Virus record (IMG/VR): IMGVR_UViG_3300021375_001810
Strand: one strand, 5' to 3'
DNA from: a virus
Length of the DNA: 64,000 bases
The notes under the pieces were generated by a model, which was given only the letters and a program-made list of their open reading frames with translations, was not told the DNA's origin and did no database searches. Position 1 is the first letter of the stretch; every line of letters starts with the position of its first letter. Positions 36,988 through 45,828 of this stretch are shown here, piece by piece. The translations under genes and the position numbers were made by a program.

Positions 36988-37306
36988 TTACACTTGCGAC
37001 AACTGGGTAGTTATCAAGATGAAAGGCGATGATCCTCACTATCGTCTTCTTGTTGGAACATCTGGCGGTTACTTAGATGGCGACAGTTGGCGTATGAACA
37101 GCGGTATCACGGGTGTAGAGAAACAGGCATATCTGTATGGATTCTATGGTAGTTCTGGTTCTGTGTATTGGTGCCATCAAGGAGGTTACGGGTTGCGTAT
37201 GAATAACGCCGGCGTGTATAATCAACTTAAAGAACGCTTTGGGGATACAGTTGAACTGATGCCTGAAGATACAGACTGGATGAATATGGATTGGATTATC
37301 ACTTAG
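36980..37306 (+). CDS. Hypothetical phage protein
   Basis: DNWVVIK, GGYLDGDSWRMNSGI, GSSGSVY.C. Confidence 0.75.
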   Translation: MSDYTCDNWVVIKMKGDDPHYRLLVGTSGGYLDGDSWRMNSGITGVEKQAYLYGFYGSSGSVYWCHQGGYGLRMNNAGVYNQLKERFGDTVELMPEDTDWMNMDWIIT

Positions 37307-37309
37307 AGG

Positions 37310-37343
37310 TTGACACAACAAAATAAAGAGTGTATTATAAATA
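37310..37343 (+). promoter_or_regulatory. Composite promoter of the leader/tRNA-Trp transcript
   Basis: TTGACA-17-TATTAT overlapping TATAAATA. Confidence 0.7.
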
Positions 37344-37369
37344 CATAATAAGGAATACGGAATACTAAC

Positions 37370-37429
37370 ATGTCACAGACTAACACAATTTATATTACAA
37401 ATTGGCCACCTACCGGGGGTATGTCTTGA
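37370..37429 (+). CDS. Putative attenuator leader peptide MSQTNTIYITNWPPTGGMS
   Basis: 19-codon ORF between promoter and terminator; single TGG codon at 37403-37405. Confidence 0.6.
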   Translation: MSQTNTIYITNWPPTGGMS

Positions 37430-37457
37430 CGTGACTTTTTAAAAAGTTATTTTAAGC

Positions 37458-37494
37458 AAGCCCCTAGCAGTTAATTCGGTTAGGGGCTTTTTTT
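37458..37494 (+). terminator. Intrinsic terminator with mutually exclusive antiterminator
   Basis: AAGCCCCTAGC/GTTAGGGGCTT stem + T7; the 5' arm can instead pair with GGGGGTATGTCTTGA (37415-37429). Confidence 0.8.
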
Positions 37495-37497
37495 ATA

Positions 37498-37573
37498 AAC
37501 TACACTACGCCTTACTGCAATAAGGTGTTTTTGCAGAGACAGAGGCCTCGAAAGGGCTAAAGATAGTGTAGTT
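37498..37573 (+). ncRNA. Unidentified structured RNA element
   Basis: 10-bp closing stem AACTACACTA/TAGTGTAGTT enclosing two hairpins (one with a GAAA loop). Confidence 0.4.
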
Positions 37574-37588
37574 CATAAAAAAAGTTTT

Positions 37589-37663
37589 ATGTGAGTGGTG
37601 TTAATGGTAGCACAGCGGTCTCCAAAACCGTTAGTCGGGGTTCGAATCCCTGCTCGCATGCCA
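37589..37663 (+). tRNA. tRNA-Trp(CCA)
   Basis: Anticodon arm GCGGT-CTCCAAA-ACCGT; acceptor ATGTGAG/CTCGCAT; G-CCA end. Confidence 0.93.
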
Positions 37664-37713
37664 ATTACCACTTTCTTGACTTTTAATTAAAAAGAAGTAT
37701 AATTATATTATAT

Positions 37714-37789
37714 GGGGCTGTAGCTCAGTTGGGAGAGCGACTGGTTTGCATCCAGTAGGTCGTAGGTTCGATCCCTATCAGCTCCACCA
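37714..37789 (+). tRNA. tRNA-Ala(TGC)
   Basis: G3.U70 acceptor stem; anticodon loop TTTGCAT; CCA; own promoter TTGACT..TATAAT (37676-37703). Confidence 0.95.
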
Positions 37790-37797
37790 TTTTAATT

Positions 37798-38253
37798 ATG
37801 AAAGAATTAGTAGTTTTAGTAGGAGCACTTTTGTTAGCAAGAGTGTTACCTATATTAGATCCAAGTTACGCAAACTTTACCCCATTGTTTGCTGTAGCAA
37901 TATTCTTTCCGTTAACACAAAATAAACTATTATCTTATTCTGTACCGCTAGGAGTAATGTTTTTATCAGACTTATTCTTAGGTTTTAGTGCAATAAATTT
38001 AGTAGTGTATTTTGTGTTAGCACTTATCATATCATTATCACGTAGCATTAACAATTATGTTTATACTAGTATTATTGGTATAGGACTGTGGCATGTTATT
38101 GTAAACTTCTTTGTGTGGTTATCAAATCCTAGTATGTCATTATTACAAACTTATGCAATGGCTATACCATTTGACTTTAAACTGTTACTAAGCACATTAG
38201 TATATGGTACAGCATTGTCATTATTATTACAAAGGAAACATGCTTACACTTAA
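37798..38253 (+). CDS. ECF S-component-like transporter (BtuM/DUF6580-like)
   Basis: NFTPL.A.A.F, P...MFLSD, NF.VW, Y..AIPF; five to six TM helices. Confidence 0.7.
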   Translation: MKELVVLVGALLLARVLPILDPSYANFTPLFAVAIFFPLTQNKLLSYSVPLGVMFLSDLFLGFSAINLVVYFVLALIISLSRSINNYVYTSIIGIGLWHVIVNFFVWLSNPSMSLLQTYAMAIPFDFKLLLSTLVYGTALSLLLQRKHAYT

Positions 38254-40057
38254 AAAAGGAAGAATTAAAAAAGATTTGAAAAGATTATTTAGAATTGACA
38301 ATATTATAACTATGGGCTTAATAGCACTACTGTTTTTTGGATTACGAGCCAATGCAGATGACCATTTAACATACCATGGACACACAGTTGACCCATTAGA
38401 AATTACAATATATGCATACCGTACAGCAAGTGATCACAGAGCAAAAACATACAGTTCAAATGTAATAGAAGCAGACGAACTAGACGATATAGAAGTATCT
38501 GGAGTTGACTTACAAACAACTGGACCTAAAGGACAACAAACAAGTTTGTTTATTAGAGGTACAAATAGCAATCATTCATTAATTGCTATTAACGGTATTA
38601 GTATTAAAGACCATAGTACAATTTCTGGAAATGACGATCTAGGACAAATAGGAATATTAGGGTTTGATCAAATTGAAATTATAAAAGGCCCGGCTGGTTC
38701 ATTGTATGGACCTGATGCTGTTGGAGGTGTAATTAACTTACAATCAGGTATTAATTATAATAATGAATTAAAGTATACACTAGGATCAAACAACCTAAAG
38801 AAACAAAATTTAAGTCTTGGTGAAAGTGTAGGTGCTCATCTTTTTAGCCTTGATATTGAAAAAGAATCTAGTGATAGTATCAGTGTAGCAGAAGGTCCTG
38901 AAACTGATCCATATGTATTTCGTAATTACAACTTTGTATACGAAACATATTTAGACAATGGATATGTGTTAACTGGAAATTTAATTGGTAGAAATAACGA
39001 TAGCAATCTTGACGGAGGTGGTGTTGATGATCTTGACTATACAGGTAATTGGAAATTTAACAATAGACAAATAGCACTAAAGAATAAAACTACTGCGTTT
39101 GTTTATAATAATTCAGAACATAAAAGACAATACACAGATGACGGATTGGTTAGTAACTATAACAGTATTAGCGATACATTTTTAACACATAAAACGTCTA
39201 CAATAAACGAAATAGACTTTACATATGGACTAGAGTACGTAACTTCTAAAGCAGATTTTGAAGTTAATTTGCCATATTATACTTCATTAGTAAATGCAAC
39301 ACGTAATAATACAGGACTATTCTTTGGTAGTGATTATGTAATAGACGGTACTGTTGGGTCGTTTGGTGTAAGATATGACAATGCTAGTAACTTCAAAAAC
39401 GAATGGACATATAGAGTTGGTATAGCAAGAGGCAATTATAGGTTAAGTCATTCAACAGGATTTAAAACTCCTACCGTTTACGAAATGTATGGTATAGATA
39501 ATTACGGTTTTGAAGGCAATCCAAACTTATTTTCTGAAACTAGTAAGTCTTATGAAATTGGATATAATGACGGAGCATTAGATGTTGCGGTGTTTACTAC
39601 TTCAGTTAAGGATACATTGACATACGAAGGTTCAACATATAACAATAAAGGTACAAGTAGACACAATGGTGTAGAAATACAATATACAAATACGTTTGGT
39701 CCAGTAACTCTAGTAAACGGTTATACATTATTGTTTACAGAAGATACAAACGGACAGGATCTTTTGCGTCGACCAAAACATAGTTACAACGGTAATATAT
39801 ATTATGATGTTGACAGTACTACTAGACTAAAACTTAATGCAAGGTATGACGGAAAGTATGACGATATTCACAGTTCGACTTGGCAAAGAACAGAAATGCC
39901 GTCAGTATCACTTTTTGATGTGTCATACCAAAAGTATGTGGACAACATTTTATTTGAAATAAAGGTTGACAACGTAACTAATAAGCGTTATAATAAACCA
40001 CATGGATACAAGCAGACAGGTAGAACATACCTTGCTAGTATTGCATACATATTTTGA
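38240..40057 (+). CDS. btuB: TonB-dependent outer-membrane receptor (BtuB-like)
   Basis: Plug SLFIRGTNSNH.L..ING, IEIIKGP..SLYGPDAVGGVIN; GFKTPT, GNPNL..E.S, LLRRPKH; C-terminal Y...GY...GRTY....YIF. Confidence 0.85.
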   Translation: MLTLKKGRIKKDLKRLFRIDNIITMGLIALLFFGLRANADDHLTYHGHTVDPLEITIYAYRTASDHRAKTYSSNVIEADELDDIEVSGVDLQTTGPKGQQTSLFIRGTNSNHSLIAINGISIKDHSTISGNDDLGQIGILGFDQIEIIKGPAGSLYGPDAVGGVINLQSGINYNNELKYTLGSNNLKKQNLSLGESVGAHLFSLDIEKESSDSISVAEGPETDPYVFRNYNFVYETYLDNGYVLTGNLIGRNNDSNLDGGGVDDLDYTGNWKFNNRQIALKNKTTAFVYNNSEHKRQYTDDGLVSNYNSISDTFLTHKTSTINEIDFTYGLEYVTSKADFEVNLPYYTSLVNATRNNTGLFFGSDYVIDGTVGSFGVRYDNASNFKNEWTYRVGIARGNYRLSHSTGFKTPTVYEMYGIDNYGFEGNPNLFSETSKSYEIGYNDGALDVAVFTTSVKDTLTYEGSTYNNKGTSRHNGVEIQYTNTFGPVTLVNGYTLLFTEDTNGQDLLRRPKHSYNGNIYYDVDSTTRLKLNARYDGKYDDIHSSTWQRTEMPSVSLFDVSYQKYVDNILFEIKVDNVTNKRYNKPHGYKQTGRTYLASIAYIF

Positions 40058-40117
40058 AGGATTTACCTTTAGAATTAATAACCGAAGGTAAGACTTCACA
40101 ATAGAGAGAAAGATAGA

Positions 40118-40315
40118 ATGGTAACAGGAAAAGTAAAATGGTTTGATGCAACTAAAGGATTTGGGTTCATTACCCCAGACGATGGCGGAGCAGATGTATT
40201 TGCACATCACTCAGGCATCAATGGAGATGGATACAAGTCTTTAGCAGAAAACCAAGAAGTTACATTTGAAATAATTGAAGGCCCTAAAGGTCTACAAGCA
40301 ACCAACATCACGTAG
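40118..40315 (+). CDS. cspA: Cold-shock protein
   Basis: GKVKWF...KGFGFI, DVFAH.S, GPKGLQA. Confidence 0.95.
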   Translation: MVTGKVKWFDATKGFGFITPDDGGADVFAHHSGINGDGYKSLAENQEVTFEIIEGPKGLQATNIT

Positions 40316-40327
40316 TATAACTTAGTA

Positions 40328-40402
40328 GGCCCGTTCGTCTAGTGGTTAGGACACATGGTTTTCATCCATGCAACAGGAGTTCGATTCTCCTACGGGCTAC
40401 CA
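40328..40402 (+). tRNA. tRNA-Glu(TTC)
   Basis: Anticodon loop TTTTCAT; CCA. Confidence 0.95.
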
Positions 40403-40408
40403 TTTTAC

Positions 40409-40483
40409 GGTCTGGTAGTTAAACGGTTATAATTCCGCCCTGTCACGGCGGCGTTCGGGGTTCGATTCCCCGTCAGACCGCCA
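40409..40483 (+). tRNA. tRNA-Asp(GTC)
   Basis: Anticodon loop CTGTCAC; CCA. Confidence 0.95.
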
Positions 40484-40490
40484 TTAGTGG

Positions 40491-40519
40491 TTGACATTTA
40501 ATCTATTAGAGGTTATAAT
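40491..40519 (+). promoter_or_regulatory. sigma70-like promoter (perfect consensus)
   Basis: TTGACA-17-TATAAT. Confidence 0.8.
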
Positions 40520-40555
40520 GTATATAACAATTAGGCAAATACAAAGAGGCAACAT

Positions 40556-41896
40556 ATGCGAACACAACCACAAGACATAATATCAAAACTTGAACAACAC
40601 AATAGCAGATTGGACAAAGAGGCTATTGTATTTGGTGCAATGGGCGAAGGACTCGACGAGTTCTTTGAAGGTGTTCAAATGGCTCTTGATCCACTAGTAA
40701 CATTTGGCGTTAAGCAAGTACCTGAAAAAGCAGAAAACGAAGTATTATCTGCACAAGGTTGTGAGTGGAAAATATTTAAAGAACTTGCAGATAAACTTAT
40801 TGCAAGAGAACTTACAGGACATGCGGCAAGAGATGCTATTGAACTTGTAATGTCAACAGCAACCGCAGAACAATGGAATGGCTTTTACAGACGTATCTTA
40901 ATTAAGGATTTACGTTGTGGTGTAAGTGAAAAGACTGTAAACAAAGTTGCCAAAAGGTTTAATCCTAAAGGCGAAACAAAATATATGATTCCTACATTCA
41001 CATGTAGTCTAGCACACGACTCTGCTAACCACGAAAAAAAGATGGTTGGTAAAAAGCAAATTGAAATCAAACTAGATGGCGTAAGAGTCATTACTATTAT
41101 CCAAGGCGACAAGGTAGAAATGTTTAGTCGTAACGGTAAACAGTTTCATAACTTTGGACATATTATTGAAGAAATTGAAACTGTAATTAAAGATCACCCT
41201 GTACCTTATCCGCTAGTATTAGATGGAGAGGTAATGAGTGCTAACTTCCAAGATCTTATGAAACAAGTACATCGTAAAGATGGTAAACAAACTACTGATG
41301 CTGTATTGCATTTGTTTGATACTATTCCTTTAGGTTGCTTCAAAGCAGGTAGTTGGGATAAGCCGCAGAGCTTTAGAAGTCAAATTACTAAGCATTGGGT
41401 AGAAGACCATGCAGACGTCTTAGAGCACGTACAAGCGTTGGATTGGGAAGATGTAGACTTAGACACTCCTGAAGGCCAAGAACGCTTTGTAGCGTTAAAT
41501 AAAGCGGCTGTAGACGGTGGTTACGAAGGAGTTATGATTAAGGACGTTGATGCTCCTTATGAATGTAAGCGAACTCATGCATGGCTTAAAGCAAAGCCGT
41601 TCATTGAGGTAACATTAGAGGTAAAGGATGTCGAAGAAGGAACAGGACGAAATGAAGGACGACTTGGTGCATTTGTTTGTGAAGGAATTGATGACGGAAA
41701 GAAAATTAATGTTAATGTCGGCAGTGGCTTTAGTGATGCTAATCGTGACGACTTTTGGAATAGTCGCACTGATATCACAGGTCAACTTGTAGAAGTAAGA
41801 GCTGATGCTGTAACACAAAACCAAGACGGAACTTATAGTTTACGTTTTCCAAGATTTAAAACATTCCGTGGCTTTGAGCCCGGAGAAAAATTATAA
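40556..41896 (+). CDS. ATP-dependent DNA ligase
   Basis: KLDGVR, VLDGE, EGVMIK, WLKAK, SLRFPRF. Confidence 0.95.
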   Translation: MRTQPQDIISKLEQHNSRLDKEAIVFGAMGEGLDEFFEGVQMALDPLVTFGVKQVPEKAENEVLSAQGCEWKIFKELADKLIARELTGHAARDAIELVMSTATAEQWNGFYRRILIKDLRCGVSEKTVNKVAKRFNPKGETKYMIPTFTCSLAHDSANHEKKMVGKKQIEIKLDGVRVITIIQGDKVEMFSRNGKQFHNFGHIIEEIETVIKDHPVPYPLVLDGEVMSANFQDLMKQVHRKDGKQTTDAVLHLFDTIPLGCFKAGSWDKPQSFRSQITKHWVEDHADVLEHVQALDWEDVDLDTPEGQERFVALNKAAVDGGYEGVMIKDVDAPYECKRTHAWLKAKPFIEVTLEVKDVEEGTGRNEGRLGAFVCEGIDDGKKINVNVGSGFSDANRDDFWNSRTDITGQLVEVRADAVTQNQDGTYSLRFPRFKTFRGFEPGEKL

Positions 41897-42007
41897 TGAA
41901 TAATTTTGAATTATTATTTGTTAGTTTACTAGTTGTTACATGGATGTCATACGGTATTCATGTAATAAAAGAGTTTATAAGAAATCACGTTGATTAGGAG
42001 AAAGGAA

Positions 42008-42418
42008 ATGATACAACCGAGTTTAAAAAAGCCAAGTCTATTTAGACGAACTACAATGAGTCTCGTAAGTGGCTGGAGACGAGTAATGGACGTTAAATAT
42101 AATCCACTAAAATATATCCCAGACCCAAGTTTACAAACTTACTTTATGTTGGTATTGTTTACTATATGGAGTGTATGGTTTGGATTCTTAGCCGCAAACT
42201 ACCTAGGGTGGTTTGGTTATAATACTGTAGCAAGTATTATTGTTCATTTTGCAATCTTAGTACCACTGGCAATGACTAATGCAATCTTTGTTGATGCAGA
42301 ACGTGATGGTCATAAATGGTTAAAGGAATGGAAAGCAGAACAGTCACGATACAACATTGTTGTAAATAGACTTAAGACTAAAAATTTAACTATTTGGAAC
42401 CCTAATAAAGAGGCATAA
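42008..42418 (+). CDS. Membrane protein (paralog of 36682..36987)
   Basis: WRRVMD..YNPLKYIPD, two TM helices. Confidence 0.75.
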   Translation: MIQPSLKKPSLFRRTTMSLVSGWRRVMDVKYNPLKYIPDPSLQTYFMLVLFTIWSVWFGFLAANYLGWFGYNTVASIIVHFAILVPLAMTNAIFVDAERDGHKWLKEWKAEQSRYNIVVNRLKTKNLTIWNPNKEA

Positions 42419-42419
42419 A

Positions 42420-42683
42420 ATGAAACATATCTTATATTTTGTAAAATGGAACTTTACAGATATGCAACCTCATTCAAAACGAATGATAGCATATTTTGCG
42501 ATTGCAATTCTAAGTGCTATATTTGTTCATGAAGATTTATTTTTTCTTGCACCAATATTAATCTTCATTGATCTTACGCAAGATATTATTCGGCATCGAT
42601 ATGCTGATTTTAAAAAAGAACAAAACGAACTTGTTCAAACTCTTAAGACGCCTTATAATAAAAAAAAGCATCTAAAAGAGTAA
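42420..42683 (+). CDS. Small membrane protein
   Basis: 87 aa, two TM helices. Confidence 0.6.
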   Translation: MKHILYFVKWNFTDMQPHSKRMIAYFAIAILSAIFVHEDLFFLAPILIFIDLTQDIIRHRYADFKKEQNELVQTLKTPYNKKKHLKE

Positions 42684-42684
42684 G

Positions 42685-42924
42685 ATGGACAGATACGTTC
42701 TGTATACGTTCAACATGGCAGACGTAGAGGATCCTGAACTCTACGTTTCTGCACCAATCTACAAGTGGCAACAAACACCAGAAGGAAAACTTTGCATGAA
42801 GCACGGTTCAGACATTTCATACCAGATTAGCCCCGATGATTATTCGTACGGATATAAAGTAACATTAACAGGATATATAAACGACAAGTACGTAACTTAT
42901 CTTTCATTGAAGAAAAAGAATTAG
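42685..42924 (+). CDS. Hypothetical phage protein
   Basis: F.M.DVEDP.LY...P...WQ....GK. Confidence 0.7.
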   Translation: MDRYVLYTFNMADVEDPELYVSAPIYKWQQTPEGKLCMKHGSDISYQISPDDYSYGYKVTLTGYINDKYVTYLSLKKKN

Positions 42925-42989
42925 AAAAGACTTGACTTTTTTTATTTTTGTATATATACTTTTTATAAACTTGATTCGGAGATTGAAAA

Positions 42990-44294
42990 ATGGCACTGCC
43001 AAAGACTAAAAGAAAAAAGCCTAGAGCTGCTCCCCGGCTTCAACGTGGAGCAAAACTTAAGGAACCTTCATGGGAGGGCTGGGAAGAGTGGACTGGCGAG
43101 CAGATACATCGCTTTAGACGTCATACACATGATTGGTATTACGAACACTTTAAGCCTGTAGACTTATACTCGTATGTTCCTAAGTGGATGGAAGACAACG
43201 GTTATGATAAAGAGAAAATCAAGGCCGTAAAAGCCGCTCCGGGCAGAGCTCTTAGTATTACAGCAAGTATTGTTGCACGTATGGATATGATGGGTGCGCC
43301 AAAAAAGACAGATAAAGAAGCAGCACATTGGGAAAGTCTTCCAGGTACTAGAGGTGAGCTTCGATGTTCAACTGAATTTTTAAAACTACGAGTTGACGAA
43401 GCAATCGTTGAAGGCAAAACAGCACTTAAGAATAAAGTTGAAGAAAAGAAAAAAGAAGATAAGTTAGCAAAACCTGTACTAACTATTCAAGATCGTATTC
43501 TTTTACAAGCCCATGCCGCATGTGAAGCGATTGATGAGTGGTTAGATGGACATGTAGAAGATCCGAAAACATTTAAAGTTGACGATTTTGATATTAATAA
43601 ACATTTCATTAGACAAAAAATAACTCAAGCTCATGCTAGAAAAATTAAAGAAATTTATAGTTCAGAATTACGTGAAGTAGTTGACTGGCACAATATTCCT
43701 ACTTCAGGACAACTTAAAAAGTTAGCCGAAAAGAACTGGAAAGAAGCGGATGACTGGGAACAGTTAAAAGAAGGTTACTCACATAGAAGTAAAAAAGAAA
43801 TGGCTACTTGGCTGAAGGCTTTAGAAAAGATTATGTCAGCATGTGACATGGTTATTGAGAGTGCTAAAGCAACACGTAGACCACGTAAAGCAAAAGTATA
43901 TAGTGCAGAAAAACTAGTACAGAAACTAAAGTTTAAAAAGTCAGATGACAAGTACAGTATTGTAAGTGTTAATCCTGCAGACATAATATATGCTAGTGAA
44001 CTTTGGGTGTTTAATTGTAAGACACGTAAACTTGGCAAATATATTGCTAAAGATCCAGATCCGCAAAAGATGCAACGTCCTGGTAGTGGACTACAAGTTA
44101 AAGGCACTACTATTACAGGGTTCCACGAGGATGAAAGTATACAGAAGACTTTGCGTAAGCCAGAAGAACAACTTAAAGAGTTTAAAAACTCAGGAAAGGT
44201 TGCGTTGCGTAAGTTTATGGATGACATAAAAACCACCGATACAAAGCTCAACGGGCGTATAAATGCGGAAACCATACTGTTGAAGGTATCTTGA
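42990..44294 (+). CDS. Basic hypothetical phage protein
   Basis: LWVFN.KTRKLG, VKGTTI.GF, KTLRKPEEQL, LNGRIN C-terminal motifs. Confidence 0.8.
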   Translation: MALPKTKRKKPRAAPRLQRGAKLKEPSWEGWEEWTGEQIHRFRRHTHDWYYEHFKPVDLYSYVPKWMEDNGYDKEKIKAVKAAPGRALSITASIVARMDMMGAPKKTDKEAAHWESLPGTRGELRCSTEFLKLRVDEAIVEGKTALKNKVEEKKKEDKLAKPVLTIQDRILLQAHAACEAIDEWLDGHVEDPKTFKVDDFDINKHFIRQKITQAHARKIKEIYSSELREVVDWHNIPTSGQLKKLAEKNWKEADDWEQLKEGYSHRSKKEMATWLKALEKIMSACDMVIESAKATRRPRKAKVYSAEKLVQKLKFKKSDDKYSIVSVNPADIIYASELWVFNCKTRKLGKYIAKDPDPQKMQRPGSGLQVKGTTITGFHEDESIQKTLRKPEEQLKEFKNSGKVALRKFMDDIKTTDTKLNGRINAETILLKVS

Positions 44295-44305
44295 TAAATA
44301 CTTAC

Positions 44306-45448
44306 ATGAGCGATATCGATAAGAACAATTTAAACACAATAGAACAGGGGTTTGCACAACTTAACGATGTGTTAAGAGTCCTTTCTAATAAACCAGTCAC
44401 TGTAGACTCACTACCAGATAGGAGCATAAGTGGCGATAAAATTTACGCAGGTAAAATTGCAAAATTTCAAAGTATTGGCATAAAAGATGATGCTACACAA
44501 CTAATAGTTCAAGTCGATGATGACGGTATAACTACCGATAATATTGATGTTGAAAACATTGTTGGTGAAACTACTGTTACAGGTAGGCTTCACATGCGTC
44601 AAGGCGCTCAAGTACATGGCAATATTTTTGTTGATGGTGAAATGACTGTTACTAAACTTCACGTTAATGAATTAATTTCAGACGTAAGACAAGAAAGAAA
44701 CAGTCCTTTAACTTTTACACCCGACGACAACGGATCGATTAACGGAAAAGGTTTGTTGTTTATAGGTGATGGACACACTAGACAATTTGTGTATCAAGGT
44801 AGTAAGTTTTTCTCAACTGAAACTATCGATTTACACAAAGACTCGTCTTTTGCTATCGGAGGAACCAGTGTTCTTTCGCAAGACACGTTAGGTACTAACG
44901 TCCTTAGTAGTAGTTTAAGAAAAGTCGGAACACTAAGAGACCTAAAAACAACAGGTTCATTAGATGTTGATCAGTTTATATTCTGGGACACGAATACAAT
45001 GCGTTTAGGTATTGGTACAGATGCAGGTAATGCACTTGTAAGTATCGTAGACGGTGATTCAGAATTTATTATACAACCAGATACTAACAGTGTTACTATG
45101 GGTTCGTATACTACAACTGATTTAAATATTGTTACGGACAATACAACTAGATTATCTATTTCCGAATCTGGTAAAATTACTATAGGATCAAATATTGAGT
45201 CTAAGACTGTTGTACAAGGAAAATTAGGAGTTAATATAACACCTGATTGCGATGTAACTACAGCAGGCCCAGTTCGGTTTGAAGGCAAAAAGTTCGAAGT
45301 TGGAAATGATATTCCAACTACAGGATCATACAGAAAAGGTGATATAGTATGGTCTGACAATCCTAAGCCAACTGGTTATGTTGGTTGGATTTGTGTTCGT
45401 GAAGGTACTCCAGGAAGCTGGAAGCCTTTCGGACAGATTGCTTCTTAA
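44306..45448 (+). CDS. Probable virion structural protein
   Basis: ATAAATA at 44294; SSL..VGTL..L repeat, RLGIGT, C-terminal KGDIVW..P..TG..GWIC...GTPG.W..FG. Confidence 0.65.
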   Translation: MSDIDKNNLNTIEQGFAQLNDVLRVLSNKPVTVDSLPDRSISGDKIYAGKIAKFQSIGIKDDATQLIVQVDDDGITTDNIDVENIVGETTVTGRLHMRQGAQVHGNIFVDGEMTVTKLHVNELISDVRQERNSPLTFTPDDNGSINGKGLLFIGDGHTRQFVYQGSKFFSTETIDLHKDSSFAIGGTSVLSQDTLGTNVLSSSLRKVGTLRDLKTTGSLDVDQFIFWDTNTMRLGIGTDAGNALVSIVDGDSEFIIQPDTNSVTMGSYTTTDLNIVTDNTTRLSISESGKITIGSNIESKTVVQGKLGVNITPDCDVTTAGPVRFEGKKFEVGNDIPTTGSYRKGDIVWSDNPKPTGYVGWICVREGTPGSWKPFGQIAS

Positions 45449-45468
45449 ACTAAGAACTGGAATAAAAT

Positions 45469-45810
45469 ATGCGAAAAGACTCAAATTTCTATGAGAAAAT
45501 CAGAACTGTAACATCACGACAAGCAAACACATGGAAAATATTTGGTAAATCAGTACCACTGATTGTTCTCTCGGTCTTCTTTCTATTACATGTATTTGGT
45601 TTTAATACACTGTCAGAACAACTATTAGTAGTTGGGGGTGCATTTTTCTTTGCTGTCGCCTGTGTATGGTGGTGGTGGGCAATTAATGTAATGGTACAGG
45701 TTGCAAACTTAATGACTCGAGCAACTGAAAAGTTTGAGGAAGTTAAAGATGACATAGTTGATGTCAAAAAAGAAATCAAGTCTCGAACAAAAAAATCTAA
45801 CAAAAAATAA
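45469..45810 (+). CDS. Membrane protein (2 TM + coiled coil; holin-like topology)
   Basis: Two TM helices, WWWW, basic C-terminus. Confidence 0.6.
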   Translation: MRKDSNFYEKIRTVTSRQANTWKIFGKSVPLIVLSVFFLLHVFGFNTLSEQLLVVGGAFFFAVACVWWWWAINVMVQVANLMTRATEKFEEVKDDIVDVKKEIKSRTKKSNKK

Positions 45811-45828
45811 TTTTCACTAAATATTTTT

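Noticed and set aside
37498-37573. Assignment as hammerhead, pistol, HDV/theta ribozyme, SAM-II/V or cobalamin riboswitch
   Set aside because: Core consensus nucleotides of these families were not found by eye; kept only as an unknown structure
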